From Octopus sinensis (lineage: Eukaryota): a stretch of DNA of 51,265 bases. Where the stretch lies: NCBI RefSeq assembly GCF_006345805.1, contig NW_021835119.1:1-51265 (forward strand). Direction: 5' to 3'. Under the pieces are notes generated by a model. The model did no database searches. It was given only the letters and a program-made list of their open reading frames with translations, and was not told where the DNA came from. Both the position numbers and the translations under genes were made by a program. Shown in pieces: positions 24,596-36,064 of this stretch. The number at the start of each line of letters is the position of its first letter. Within the stretch, counting starts at the first letter, position 1.

Positions 24596-25180
24596 ATGGA
24601 ACTATCCAAAGAGCATTTGAGGCATATAATGCTTTATGAGTACAAAAAAGGAAACTCTACAGCCGAAGCGACTCGAAACATACACTCTGTATATGGGAAA
24701 GAATGGTTGAATGAAAGAACTTGCAGAAGATGTTTTGCAAAATTCAGAAGTGGAGGTTTCAGCCTTGAAGATGAAGATCGAACAGGACGTCCATTTGAGT
24801 TTGATGATAAGCTCCTTGAGGCATTACTTGAAGAAAATCCTGCATTGTCAGTTGAAGAATTGGCAATAAAGCTTTGTTCAAACCATACAACTGTTCATCG
24901 TCATCTTCAACAACTTGGAAAATAGTTGCCTCGTGAATTGTCCGAAAGCAACCGCAAATCCCGAGTTGACATCTGCTCTTCTCCCCATTCTCGCGAACTC
25001 ATTTCACTCTTTTTGGATAGACTTGACTGGTGGCGAAAAATGGATGTTCTATCGAAATGTTAAACCTCGTAGCCAGTGGCTTGGTAAAAGGGAAAAAGGT
25101 CAACCACAGCCGAGAAAGGAACTTCATAGAAAAAAGGTTCTTCTCTCTATCTGGTAGAATTGCAAAAGAGTAATTCCTGT
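24596..25180 (+). mobile_element. Mariner transposase pseudogene, N-terminal half
   Basis: ORF MELSKEHLRHIMLYEYKKGNSTAEATRNIHSVYG...KFRSGGFSLEDEDRTGRP...; then TGGEKW (from TGDEKW) and ELHRKKVLLSIW; premature stop at 24925. Confidence 0.92.
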
Positions 25181-25182
25181 GA

Positions 25183-25352
25183 ACTTCATCTCGATACTGT
25201 CATAAGACATCCTCATTATTTTGGTTACTTTGTCTGGAAAGTGGAAGTGGTTCAGAGCTCTCATCAGTAATTCGTGGGGCACTAAGCCATATGCATTAGC
25301 TAGGTCAAGCCATACCACGTTCAGACGTCTCTTGTTCTGTTTGGCATCCAGG
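25183..25352 (-). mobile_element. R2-group (HERO/NeSL-like) reverse transcriptase fragment
   Basis: AILDAKQNKRRLNVVWLDLANAYGLVPHELLMRALNHF matches the WLDLANAYGSVPH motif of RLE-type LINE RTs. Confidence 0.78.
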
Positions 25353-25755
25353 ATTGCTTTCTAAATCGAAAAACAGTGTTCAACTTGTATTTGAACATTA
25401 TGCAAATATTCTTTTAAAAACATTTCATTAAATATTTCCAAAATTTAATTCTTTTCCATACTTAGAGAGCAAGAAGAAGGAAGAAAATGTGTTTGAAGAA
25501 CATCACAGATAGAGATAAGAGAAAACTCAAAAAAATTATGTGCAAGAAAAGTGGTTTAACCAGCAAAGAAATCTTTGAAGAAGCAGAAATCTCTTTCAAA
25601 GGGAGAACGTTACATAATACTGAAATATATTGGCAAAGTCACAAATTTCGCAAATTTGTCTCCTTTAAATAAAGTACACAAAGAGAAAAGAGTGGCGTTT
25701 GCAAAAAGATATATAAAGACAGACATTACAAATGTAAGTTTTACTGACGAGTGCA

Positions 25756-26378
25756 TTTCATCATTGTTCGGTCGTAGTCGAGACAATGGAATTTACTATG
25801 CTACGCCAGACTTCACGGTCCATCATAGCATTACGGAGGTCCTGTTGCTGGATGCCTGTATCCCTGGAGATTACATCAGGGTAGGAGAGTGTGTGCCCTC
25901 CGAGCTGGCAGAACCGTTAGCACGCTGGGCGAAATGCGTAGCAGTATTTCGTCTGCCGCTACGTTCCGAGTTCAAATTCCGCCGAGGTCGACTTTGCCTT
26001 TCATCCTTTCGGGGTCGATAAATTAAGTACCTGTTACGCACTGGGGTCGATGTAATCGACTTAATACCTATGTCTGTCCTTGTTAGTGCCCTCTGTGTTT
26101 AGCCCCTTATGGGTAATAAAGAAATAGGTATCATGAGCAGATGGCTTCCAGAGGAGAAGAGTAGAAATTACCTCCTTTTCAGCTCTACAACAATGTCCAG
26201 CAAATTGGACTCTTCTACCTTTCACACGAGATGATACAGGTGGTAGTTTCCCATATATTTGCACTTTGGTTGGATGACGCTTCCACGAGAGATTTTGAGC
26301 TCTCATAAGGAGGCGACTGTAGGTTCCATCCAACCGCCTCTCAAGCTTCTTTGATAACGTCCAGGTTTCTGAGCCATA
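25756..26378 (-). mobile_element. RTE-like LINE 3' end with 7-bp target-site duplication
   Basis: YGSETWTLSKKLERRLDGTYSRLLMRAQNLSW...RRVQFAGHCCRA...LLWKPSAHD [SINE] GHTLSYPDVISRDTG...AMMDREVWRSIV; gagtgca is duplicated at 25749-55 and 26379-85. Confidence 0.88.
25901..26130 (+). mobile_element. SINE family A nested in the RTE fragment
   Basis: Full unit from gagctggcagaaccgttag to gaaataggta. Confidence 0.92.
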
Positions 26379-26752
26379 GAGTGCAGAGCAACATTAAATG
26401 GACATGACGGATGGGCAAGCGGCTGGGTGGTGCATAGGAAAAAGTCAACCAACACGATTAAGACAGCGGGGCGGTGGAGGAATCATGTTCTGGTCTGGTA
26501 TAGTTGGAGGAGACATCATAGGTCCATTTGAGGCTGCTGAAAATTACTGCAAGTTTCTAGAAGACAACTTCTTCCATTGGCACAAGTCAAGATCGCGAAG
26601 TCTCGAGTTAAAGTGCATATTTATGCGTGATAATGCCCCTTCACACTCTGCCAAACTCACTATTAACCATTTAGCTAAGAAAGGTTTCAAAGAACATAAA
26701 ATAATGGAATGACCTCCACCCAATCTCCAGATCTAAACACAATAGAGAATTT

Positions 26753-27087
26753 GTGGGCTCAGTGGTTAGAGCGTCGAGCTTATGATCGTGAGGTTGTGAG
26801 CTCGAATCCCGGACCGGGCTGCGTGTTGTGTTCTTGAGCAAGGCACTTTATTTCACGTTGCTTCAGTTCACTCAGCTGTAGAAACGAGTTGCAACGTCGC
26901 TGGTGCCAAGCTGTATCGACCTTTGTCTTTCCCTTGGATAACACTGGTGACGTGGAGAGGGGAGGCTGGTATGCATGAGCGACTGCTGGTCTTCCATAAA
27001 CAACCTTGCCCGGACTTGTGTCTAGGAGGGTAACTTTCTAGGTGCACTCCCATGGTCATTCATGACCGAAGGGGGTCTTTACCCCTT
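26753..27087 (+). mobile_element. tRNA-derived SINE, family E (CORE-like), nested in the Tc1
   Basis: A-box gctcagtggttagagc, B-box gctcgaatccc, CORE-like ttgagcaaggcacttta; tail (accc)n-like. Confidence 0.85.
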
Positions 27088-27656
27088 ATATTCTAATGAC
27101 AAACCATATCCAAACAAGGATTTATAATGGGAAGCAATAAGAACTGCTGTAAGTAATATTAACACTGAGATTGTTCAGACATTGACAAAATCAGTTGATG
27201 AGAGAATATCTGAAGTTACATATGGTGAAGGATGCTATATATAGATGTAAAATATACTCATAATTGTTTGTGAATATAATTATATGGTGGAAGATATACA
27301 TATACATTAAGGGTCTGGTTACGTATTGTTGTATATGTAAATCACATTATGTGTAGTTTATATGTAACGTTAATGTGCATAATAAAAAGAAACAGTCTAT
27401 AAATGTGTTTCTCTTCATTTCCGCTTTCAATATGCACTGATTTAGACGAAAAGTAAACGAGACATGGGATACTTAATCCCACATATCCCGTAACGATCTC
27501 AAGAAAATCAGACAAGAGGTTTTGATTTTATTGAGGATTGACTGACTTGCATAACAACAGGAAACCTAGTGTATATATATATGAGAGTATTATGAATGCA
27601 TGAATATACGCATATTTTTATAGTTTGTGTGTGTGTGTGTGTGTATGTATATATAT

Positions 27657-27699
<43 letters not shown>

Positions 27700-27910
27700 A
27701 TATATATATAATATATATATAAGGACAATATCGTTAATTTCGTTAATTAAAATAAAACAACGATTTTATCAAGTGGCCAGCACAGAAAAGATAACCTTCA
27801 AAGGTAATAATTATTAAAATAATTATTAATTAAGGTGGTTTTAGAGTCAGATCATGGCTGCTATTTCCAGCATCGTGGTATCTCGTAGATACCCTAATTT
27901 ATAATTATAC

Positions 27911-27974
<64 letters not shown>

Positions 27975-28415
27975 ATACATACGTTTGTCTACGTATATAT
28001 ATATATACATTCATAAACAAGCACATACACACATATATATACATACACACGCACTCACACACACATGCAAGTACGCAAACACACACAAATATACGCAATA
28101 GATAGATCCATGATGCATAGATTATATATGCATAGGCACTTTATGCCCCCTCGCTGACTTCCTTTTCTATACACATAAACATGTACGCTCTGATATTCTA
28201 TTTCACCGTCTCTGATCACTGATATCAGATTGTATTTATTATATTGGTGTTGTTGTATGTCAGCAAATATGGAGATATGTTGTTGCAGCTGCGGCTATTG
28301 GAAAATTGGTATTTTTGGAATACTATAAAGAAACACACAGATATACACATAAAACACACATACACACACACATTTATATAATAAGACGACAAAGAAAATT
28401 TTACACATATGTATA

Positions 28416-29070
28416 GGCGCAGGAGTGACTGTGTAGTAAGTAGCTTACCAACCACATGGTTCCGGGTTCAGTCCCACTGCGTGACACCTTGGGCAAGTGT
28501 CTACTACTATAGCTTCTGGCCGACCAAAGCCTTGTGAGTGGATTTGGTAGACGGAAACTGAAAGAAGTCCGTCGTGTATATATATATAAAATAAAACTGG
28601 ATCTCTTCTTGTCAGGTGTCCCAGATGAACCAACTTCACGGCAGGAGGTGCAGATGAGGGCAGCTGCATCGAACTCTCTCATGCACCAAATGGCAGTTGC
28701 TAAAAAGCATTGGTGAAGTAAAATCATGTAGCAACACCAAATGGCGGTGCCCCAGCATGGCCACAGCTTGTGAGCTGAAACTAGATAAAACTAAAAAATA
28801 AATAAATAAATAAATAATTAAAATAAAATATATACAAATATATGTATATATGTGTGTGTGTCTATGTGTGTCTGTGTTTGTCTCCTCAACATCGCCTGGC
28901 AACCGATGTTGGTGTGTTCACGTACCCCGTAACTTAGCGGCTCGGCGAAAGAGACTGATAGAATAAGTACTAGGCTTACAGAGAATAAGTCCTAGGGTCG
29001 ATTTGCTCGACTAAAGGCGGTGCTCCAGCATGGCTGCAGTCAAATGACTGAAACAAGTAAAAGAATAGAA
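28416..29070 (+). mobile_element. SINE family D, split by a LINE insertion
   Basis: 5' half at 28416-28586 and 3' half at ~28835-29070 are both colinear with the 20493 copy. Confidence 0.9.
28587..28828 (+). mobile_element. CR1/L2-type LINE extreme 3' end
   Basis: KLDLFLSGVPDEPTSRQEVQMRAAASNSLMHQMAVAKKHW* (typical LD.FL..VPDEP...AASNSL terminus), short UTR, A-rich tail; taaaataaaa flanks both sides (28587-96, 28819-28). Confidence 0.75.
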
Positions 29071-29116
29071 GAATATATATATGTATATTTATATATATAT
29101 GTACATATATATATAC

Positions 29117-29169
<53 letters not shown>

Positions 29170-29530
29170 CTGTATATACATATGAATATGCCCATATGTT
29201 TGTGTGAGTATGTGTATATATTATATATGTATATGTATAAATATACATATATATATATTTATATATTGTGTGTATATACATATATATACGCACATACACA
29301 CATATGCATATATATATGTATGTGTGTGTATGTATATATAAGTATTTATATGTACGTATATATAAGCATTAATATGTTTGTGTATGTATGAATTTGCAAG
29401 TAGTTTCTTGTTATAGATTATAGCATCTTCAATAAACGATTGATTAATAGTGTACTTGATCCATGGCTTTATGTCCGTGTATTATATAAAGGTCGATATA
29501 GAACTATTTTGAAACAGCATGATTTGTTCC

Positions 29531-29572
29531 TGTCTGAAGACTCGACACGTAAGGGGAAACTCCAGAGTAACA
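29531..29572 (+). ncRNA. Candidate minimal type I hammerhead ribozyme
   Basis: tgt-CTGAAGA-ctc(gacacgtaa)ggg-GAAA-ctc(ca)gag-TA-aca. Both core boxes are intact; stems I, II and III can pair; GUA cleavage triplet. The first stem II pair is C-G rather than the canonical G-C. Confidence 0.45.
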
Positions 29573-29728
29573 CGCCACCGGTTCACATTTAACAGGCCAC
29601 TGGTTCACTCTGTATCAACTCTAAACGATCTCAAATAAGCATACACACAGAATATATATATACACATGGTGCTATTAAGTTAGACATGGCCTGGGCCAAT
29701 AATGGCCGAAACCTATCAAAGTATCAAA

Positions 29729-29796
<68 letters not shown>

Positions 29797-29801
29797 AAAA
29801 A

Positions 29802-30027
29802 CTCTTTTACTCTTTTACTTGTTTCAGTCATTTCACTGCGGCCATACTGGAGCACTGCCTTTAGTCGAGCAAATCGACCCCGGGACTTATTGTTTGTAAG
29901 CCTAGTACTTATTCTATCGGTTTCTTTTGCCGAACTGCTAAGTTACGGGGACGTAAACACACCAGCATCGGTTGTCAAGCGATGTTGGGGGGACAAACAC
30001 ACACATATGCATATATATATATATATA

Positions 30028-30058
<31 letters not shown>

Positions 30059-30214
30059 CCGACGGGCTTCTTTCAGATTCTGTCTACCAAATCCACTCAC
30101 AAGGCTTTGGTCGGCCCGAAGCTATAGTAGAAGACACTTGCCCAAGGTTCCACGCAGTGGGACTGAACCCAGAACCCCGTCCTTCGTATGCAGGCTACTT
30201 ACCACACAGCCACT

Positions 30215-30217
<3 letters not shown>
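29802..30217 (-). mobile_element. SINE family D (full length)
   Basis: Reverse complement of the 20493 unit, including the tail. Confidence 0.9.
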
Positions 30218-30262
<45 letters not shown>

Positions 30263-30263
30263 T

Positions 30264-30329
<66 letters not shown>

Positions 30330-30933
30330 GCGTGCGTGCGTGAATTCCATACAATTTATTGTCATCGTATTCCTTTCTCCCTGTCTGTTTGTCCTTCTTC
30401 TTAACAAAGCGAGTGTTTCTGAGAGGATGTACAAAGCCAACGAGAAAAACCAATAAAACATGAGAGTCAAGAGGGAATTGGTTACCACGCCATCTTTTGT
30501 GCATCTGCACAAAAAACAGTTTGTATTGACAAAGTAAAAATTATAAGTACTCGTATATACATACCACACACACACACACACACACATATACATACATATA
30601 TACATACGTACATACATACATACTACATACATACATACACGCATACCTTTTTTCATGCTCTTGCTTTGTGTCCGCGTATATACACACACATATATATATA
30701 TATGTGTGTGTGTTTTTGTGTGTGTTTGTGTGTGTGTGATTGTGTGTGTGCGCGCGTGTGTGTGTGCGTGTGTATGTGTGTGTGTGCGTGTGTATGTGTG
30801 TGTGTGCATGTGTGTGTGTGCGTGTGTGTGTGTTTGTGTATACATAGTTTATATATGTGTGTATATGTGTGTGTGTGTGTATACAGACGCAAAACAATAT
30901 AGTGAATTCTTTATATATATATACATGCACTCT

Positions 30934-30975
<42 letters not shown>

Positions 30976-31006
30976 ATATATGTGTGTTATATACACTCTT
31001 TTATAT

Positions 31007-31052
<46 letters not shown>

Positions 31053-31205
31053 ATATAAGAGAGAGAAGCTTAAAGACAGAGCTAACTACATACGTGTATT
31101 AAGGCATATGTGTACGTGCATGTACATGTATATGTATCTATGTATGCATATGCGTGTGTGTGTGTGTGTTGTGTGTGTGTGTGTTGTGTGTGTGTGTGTG
31201 TCTGC
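30217..31205. repeat. Compound (TA)n/(GATA)n/(CA)n/(TG)n region with a short unique spacer
   Basis: Direct observation. Confidence 0.88.
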
Positions 31206-31753
31206 GTGTCTGGCCGTGTATCCCTGGGTATGTATGAGCATATGTACAATGTCGTTTGAAAGAACCAAAATGCAATCTATTAACCAGTCCGGAACTAGTT
31301 TAGCCGTCTCTATAAGACAAACACAATCGGAATTCAATTGTTCAGACTAAACATTGTAGAGAAGCTAACGATCTAACTTCGACAGACACTGCTCAGCGAC
31401 TCGAATTACAAAGTGGTAGGCTTCTCTTATGGACTGGGGATATCGAAGCGTTAAGTTGTGCGATCGCTTCTGCCGGAGTATAGAAATGTTGAATGAAGGC
31501 AAACAGACGAATCGGAAATACTTAGAACGGACGCAAGCATTGTGGGTAGGAAATTCGGTTTTGCAAAAACACGTGACTTCGCATTCCATCCACCCAACCG
31601 CACGATTCCTTGGGGTAGTGTTGTTCATTGTAACTTTGTGTCGTACAATGCCTTTCAGCGGAATTTGGAATTTGGTTGGAATTGTGTAGAACACAGACAT
31701 ACATATGTGTATTGTGTGTGTATATGTCTGTGTATATATACATATACATATAG

Positions 31754-31824
<71 letters not shown>

Positions 31825-31825
31825 C

Positions 31826-31872
<47 letters not shown>

Positions 31873-31915
31873 GATAGATAGATAGATAGAGATATGTGTG
31901 TATGTGTGTGTGGCT

Positions 31916-31946
<31 letters not shown>

Positions 31947-32342
31947 AAAATTTAGATTCAGAGGAATATGGTACTTAAGTTGAGGCACCAGAATTTAGTA
32001 CGGTATTATCCATACAATTTCAAAGTAAGGTGATTAAAATCAAAATAAGCAACAAGGATATCCAGAGTTAATGCAGTACGATCGTTTCATGCAACTCCAT
32101 TTAATTGCACAACGCAATCATTGCATCAATTTAAAATGTAGAGCAATCTTCAGTTGCACAAAGACAGAATTTAATTTAATTAGAATAGATGGACACATTA
32201 GTATAATTACACATAAAATCTCCAGAAGTTAAGGAGATAGACAAAGAACACATAATCTCTACTTCAACATAGAAGTTACTAAAATTATCAAGACTCTGCC
32301 TGGCTTTTTTCTTTATGGGGTCAGTTTTAATTTATAGACTAG

Positions 32343-32393
<51 letters not shown>

Positions 32394-32580
32394 ATAATAA
32401 ACCCAATTACAAAATAGCTACTAATCGTTTGATACTTCAAGATGCATTAACTTGTCAGATTTATATGACCTGCCACATATCTCCAAGCAATCTTTCAAGT
32501 TGAGTTGATAACTTTAGATGTATTTAAAACCAGGACGCTGTACTATGAGAAAACATGAGAGAGAAAAATGAGAAGAAAAA

Positions 32581-32642
32581 AGCAGACGAAATACGGCTAC
32601 GCATTTCGCCCGGCGTGCTAAAGTTTCTGCCGGCTCGCCGCC
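32581..32642 (-). mobile_element. SINE family A, 5' fragment
   Basis: Reverse complement ggcggcgagccggcagaaactttagcacgccgggcgaaatgcgtagcc. Confidence 0.85.
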
Positions 32643-32859
32643 TTAAGGAACCCAAAGTCTGTGAGATAGAGGCTCTGTTCGCAGCAGGTGATGTCCTTCT
32701 GTGTGACAAAGGAAACCTGTCCTGTCCGTTTGCTTGCATTTGCTAAAAAAATTCCAGATCTGGAATTAAGTGGTATGATAGAATTCTTGTACCTAAAAAG
32801 AATGTGCGATCTTTCAGCAACGCATTGCTTGCATCTATTTGATTCATTTATATATGACG

Positions 32860-33215
32860 TTGATTTCTCAACGTGCTTTCACTTGATTTGTTCTTCAGAA
32901 TCCCTACAGGGCTTCTTTCTTCAATGTACTTGTAGCGCTTCAGCCACTTCATGAAAGCCCCATGTGCATCATTAAAAGTGACGGTGTCCAGGACCCTTGT
33001 CATAACTTCCTCTATATCCTTCAGCTTGAGGAACAACCAAACGTTGGAAGGAGCAAATACTGACTTGTAGTGAGTGGCTGAGGAAGAGTTTCGATGCCCA
33101 TCTCTATCGAATAGTTCGCTACCAGGATACCATTGTGAACTGGTGTATTGCCCTAGTGAAGGTGCCCTGGCCTTTTGCGACGAAATTTCTTCCTGAACTT
33201 CCCCAGCATGTAAAA
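32860..33215 (-). mobile_element. Mariner-family transposase C-terminal fragment
   Basis: KFRKKFRRKRPGHLH*GNTPVH...MGIETLPQP...WLFLKLK...AFMKWLKRYKYIE; eroded LH.DNA..H and PHPPYSPDL regions. Confidence 0.7.
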
Positions 33216-33244
33216 GATAGATATGTATATATGTACAGATATAT

Positions 33245-33388
33245 ACGACGGGCTTCTTTCAGTTTCCGTCAACCAAATCCACTCACAAGGCTTTGGTCGG
33301 CCCGAGGCTTTAGTAGAACTCGCATGCTCAAGGTGCCATTCAGTGGGACTGAACCCAGAGTTATGTGGTTGGGAAGTACTCTTCCTAG

Positions 33389-33390
<2 letters not shown>
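33245..33390 (-). mobile_element. SINE family D, 5' half
   Basis: Reverse complement of the D head through gaaagaagcccgtcg. Confidence 0.85.
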
Positions 33391-33450
<60 letters not shown>

Positions 33451-34189
33451 ATGTGTATGCGTATATGTAAATAAATGTATAACGTATTTGCTTATATGTA
33501 AATATGTGTGTATATGTGTGTGTGCGTGTGTCTGGGTGTGTGTATATGTGTGTATTTCTGTGTGTGTTCGAGAGAGAGGTGATTAAAAGATTGAAAAGAA
33601 ACGTATGGAAGGAAAGAGGTGGGGAGAAAGATAACTTTACGTGCAAAACATTCGAAATTCCTATTTCATTATTTTTCAATCTCTATTTCAAGTATTGTTT
33701 AAGTGAATCTGATCAATTTTCGCATTCGTTCAGTGAATGTCTGACTGGGAACGTTATGTCTCGCATCACCTCCATTATATCTCCGTCTAACATTAATATA
33801 TCTGTCGGCCACGATCAATAATTAGTTAAATAAAGGCAATATTATCAGCTCTAATGTTAAAACTGTGTATCGAGAGTTTATGTTCACAGTGTAATTGTTG
33901 AAGTAACCGTTCATTACATATCATTCTACAATTCAATGATTCTAGCTCCGGGTCTATTCTAATATTTGTCTCTGCTATGTTGTATTACACTCCTCTATTC
34001 AGCTATTCACGTATTAAAATTACAATTTACCAGTGCATCTGCTAGTTTTATTTGCCCTGCCGTAATTCTTCCAGTCTATTTGTCTGTTTGTCTGCGAAAT
34101 GAGTGTTTGTGTGGGAGTGGGGAAAGTTTTCGTTGAATGTGTGTGTGTGTGTGTTCATCTTAGTACTTATATGTATTTGGATGTCTGTG

Positions 34190-34385
34190 TACGTCAGTGC
34201 ATGTGTATGTGCATATGTGTGTGAGTGCCTGCGTGTGTATGTATATTCGTCTAAGTATTTCTATGTATTTGTACGTCTGTGTGTCAGTGCGTGTGTATGT
34301 GCACGTGTGTGTGTGAGTGCCTGCGTGTGTATGTATATTCGTCTAAGTATTTCTATGTATTTGTACGTCTGTGTGTCAGTGTGTG
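34190..34385. repeat. Two-copy tandem repeat of ~90 bp in TG-rich sequence
   Basis: gagtgcctgcgtgtgtatgtatattcgtctaagtatttctatgtatttgtacgtctgtgtgtcagtg occurs twice. Confidence 0.9.
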
Positions 34386-34659
34386 CGTGTGTGTGTCTGT
34401 GTGTCAGTGTATGTTTGTAAGTAAGAAGAGACAGTGACCAAGGGAAACATATAAATCGGTTGTTTTTTCTTCTTTATTTTTACTTCATGCTCTATAGAAC
34501 TCTATCGGTTCCTTCTTGGACGGTTCCAATACCATATCAGTTTGTTTGTCTTTCTATGTGGAATTGTTTATTGTCCCCTAACTCCTCTTTAATTTCAGAA
34601 GAAAGGACCACTGTGCGCACTCTTTCGCTATATTTTTCATAGACCGTTGTAAAAGAGAG

Positions 34660-34820
34660 AAAGAAGGGGAAGAAGAAGAAGAAGAAGAAGAAGAAGAGGA
34701 GGAGGAGAAGAAGAAGAAGAAGAGGAGAAGAAGAAGAAGAAGAAGAAGAAGAAGAAGAAAAAGAGGAGGAGGAGGAGAAGAAGAAGAAGAAGAAGAAGAA
34801 GAAGAAGAAGAAGAGAAGGA
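34660..34820. repeat. (GAA)n/(GGA)n polypurine microsatellite
   Basis: Direct observation. Confidence 0.95.
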
Positions 34821-34890
34821 GACTTAATCCGTTTGTCTGTCCTTGTTTGTCCCCTCTATGTTTAGCCCCTTGTGGGCAATAAATAAATAA
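34821..34890 (+). mobile_element. SINE family A, 3' tail fragment
   Basis: gacttaatccgtttgtctgtccttgtttgtcccctctatgtttagccccttgtggg. Confidence 0.85.
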
Positions 34891-36064
34891 GAGTCAATGG
34901 CTCAATAAGGATCACTGGGTCAGTTAGGTCAATGGGTCAATAAGAGTCGACAGGATGAATAACAGCAGGGGTTCGCAGCCTTTTTACTAAGTAAAGTTCC
35001 TTTATTTTAATAAATTTCCAGATCAATAAGCTGATTTTATTAACAACAAACCTTTTTTTTTTTTTTGTTATTCGTTTCTTCTCTCAACTGAAAGTTATAT
35101 GGAACGGAATGGTCATATGCAATTGAGTGGTCACACATTTAACTCTGCACGTTTTGGGGCTCAGCTTACGGATCTGTAGTATCACAGCTCTCGATCTCTT
35201 CGGTCTCGTGGACCCTACATTGAGAACCACTATTCTATAACTTTTTCCAGAGAATGAGAGTATTCTCAGGGATGGCCAGTGGATTTTCATAATCAGTGGA
35301 AAAATTGCCTCATCATATTTAGTTAAGTCTTTCCTCCTTTGTAACCTAGATTTAAATCCCGTTAACTTTGGGGCCACATTCATTGGAGGTGCAACAAACT
35401 AAATACCAGTTTTATACGTAGCTTTGATAGACTTGATTGGATCGTCTGTCTTATAATCTACCTTAGAAATCGATATCCCATATTTCACAAAAGCATCTTC
35501 TGTTAAGAGATGGAAACAATTATTCTTCCTCAGAGCAAACTGGCATCGTACCAACACGATAATAACGGTGTGGTTAATTATTCTGAGAAATTGATGGAAA
35601 AGTTTCCATAGTCGTAATGAAATTGAGACTTTGCTATGACCTGAACAACCATTGATAAGTTATAGCAGACCAGCAAATAAGATCTGAAAGCTAGCAAGGA
35701 ATCATTATCTGCAGGCGTCCAGGATGAAAGGTAGAGTTTAGAGACGCCATTGTTATAAAAGATGGCTGGTAACACAATAAATAAGGTTTGAACTACAATT
35801 TAAGCCGATGAAAGAGTTATTGATAATTAAATAATTTTCTTATAAATAAAACTTAAATTCTGTCGATTGAAAAATCTTTATTTAGTAAGTGATTGGGTTT
35901 AAAACATTTAAAAAAAAAAACGTTTTGCACGCACACACACACACACACTCACATATGGAGGTTAAATAAACTAAATATATCCATACACATATATATATGT
36001 ATATATGCATGTGTGTGTGGTGTGTGTGTGTGTGTGTCTTGTGTGTATATTATATATGTAATCA

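Larger units (their letters stand above)
25480..27250 (+). mobile_element. Tc1-like (DD34E) transposase pseudogene interrupted by nested insertions
   Basis: KRVAFAKRY...FTDEC [insert] RATLNGHDGWASGW...RQRGGGGIMFWSGI...FMRDNAPSH...SPDLNTIENLW [insert] ...LWEAI. All three catalytic motifs are recognisable; TIRs were not identified. Confidence 0.9.

Noticed and set aside
32860-32905. CTGAAGA...GAAA on the minus strand
   Set aside because: It lies at the mariner ORF end and has no valid stem III or cleavage triplet.
34964-35040. hAT-like terminal sequence caggggttcgcagccttttt
   Set aside because: No matching opposite TIR or 8-bp TSD was found.
35085-35790. Hemocyanin, Rhs/YD or Polinton capsid identity for the coding-like island
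   Set aside because: Only isolated short words resemble these families; diagnostic motifs are absent, so it is left unassigned.
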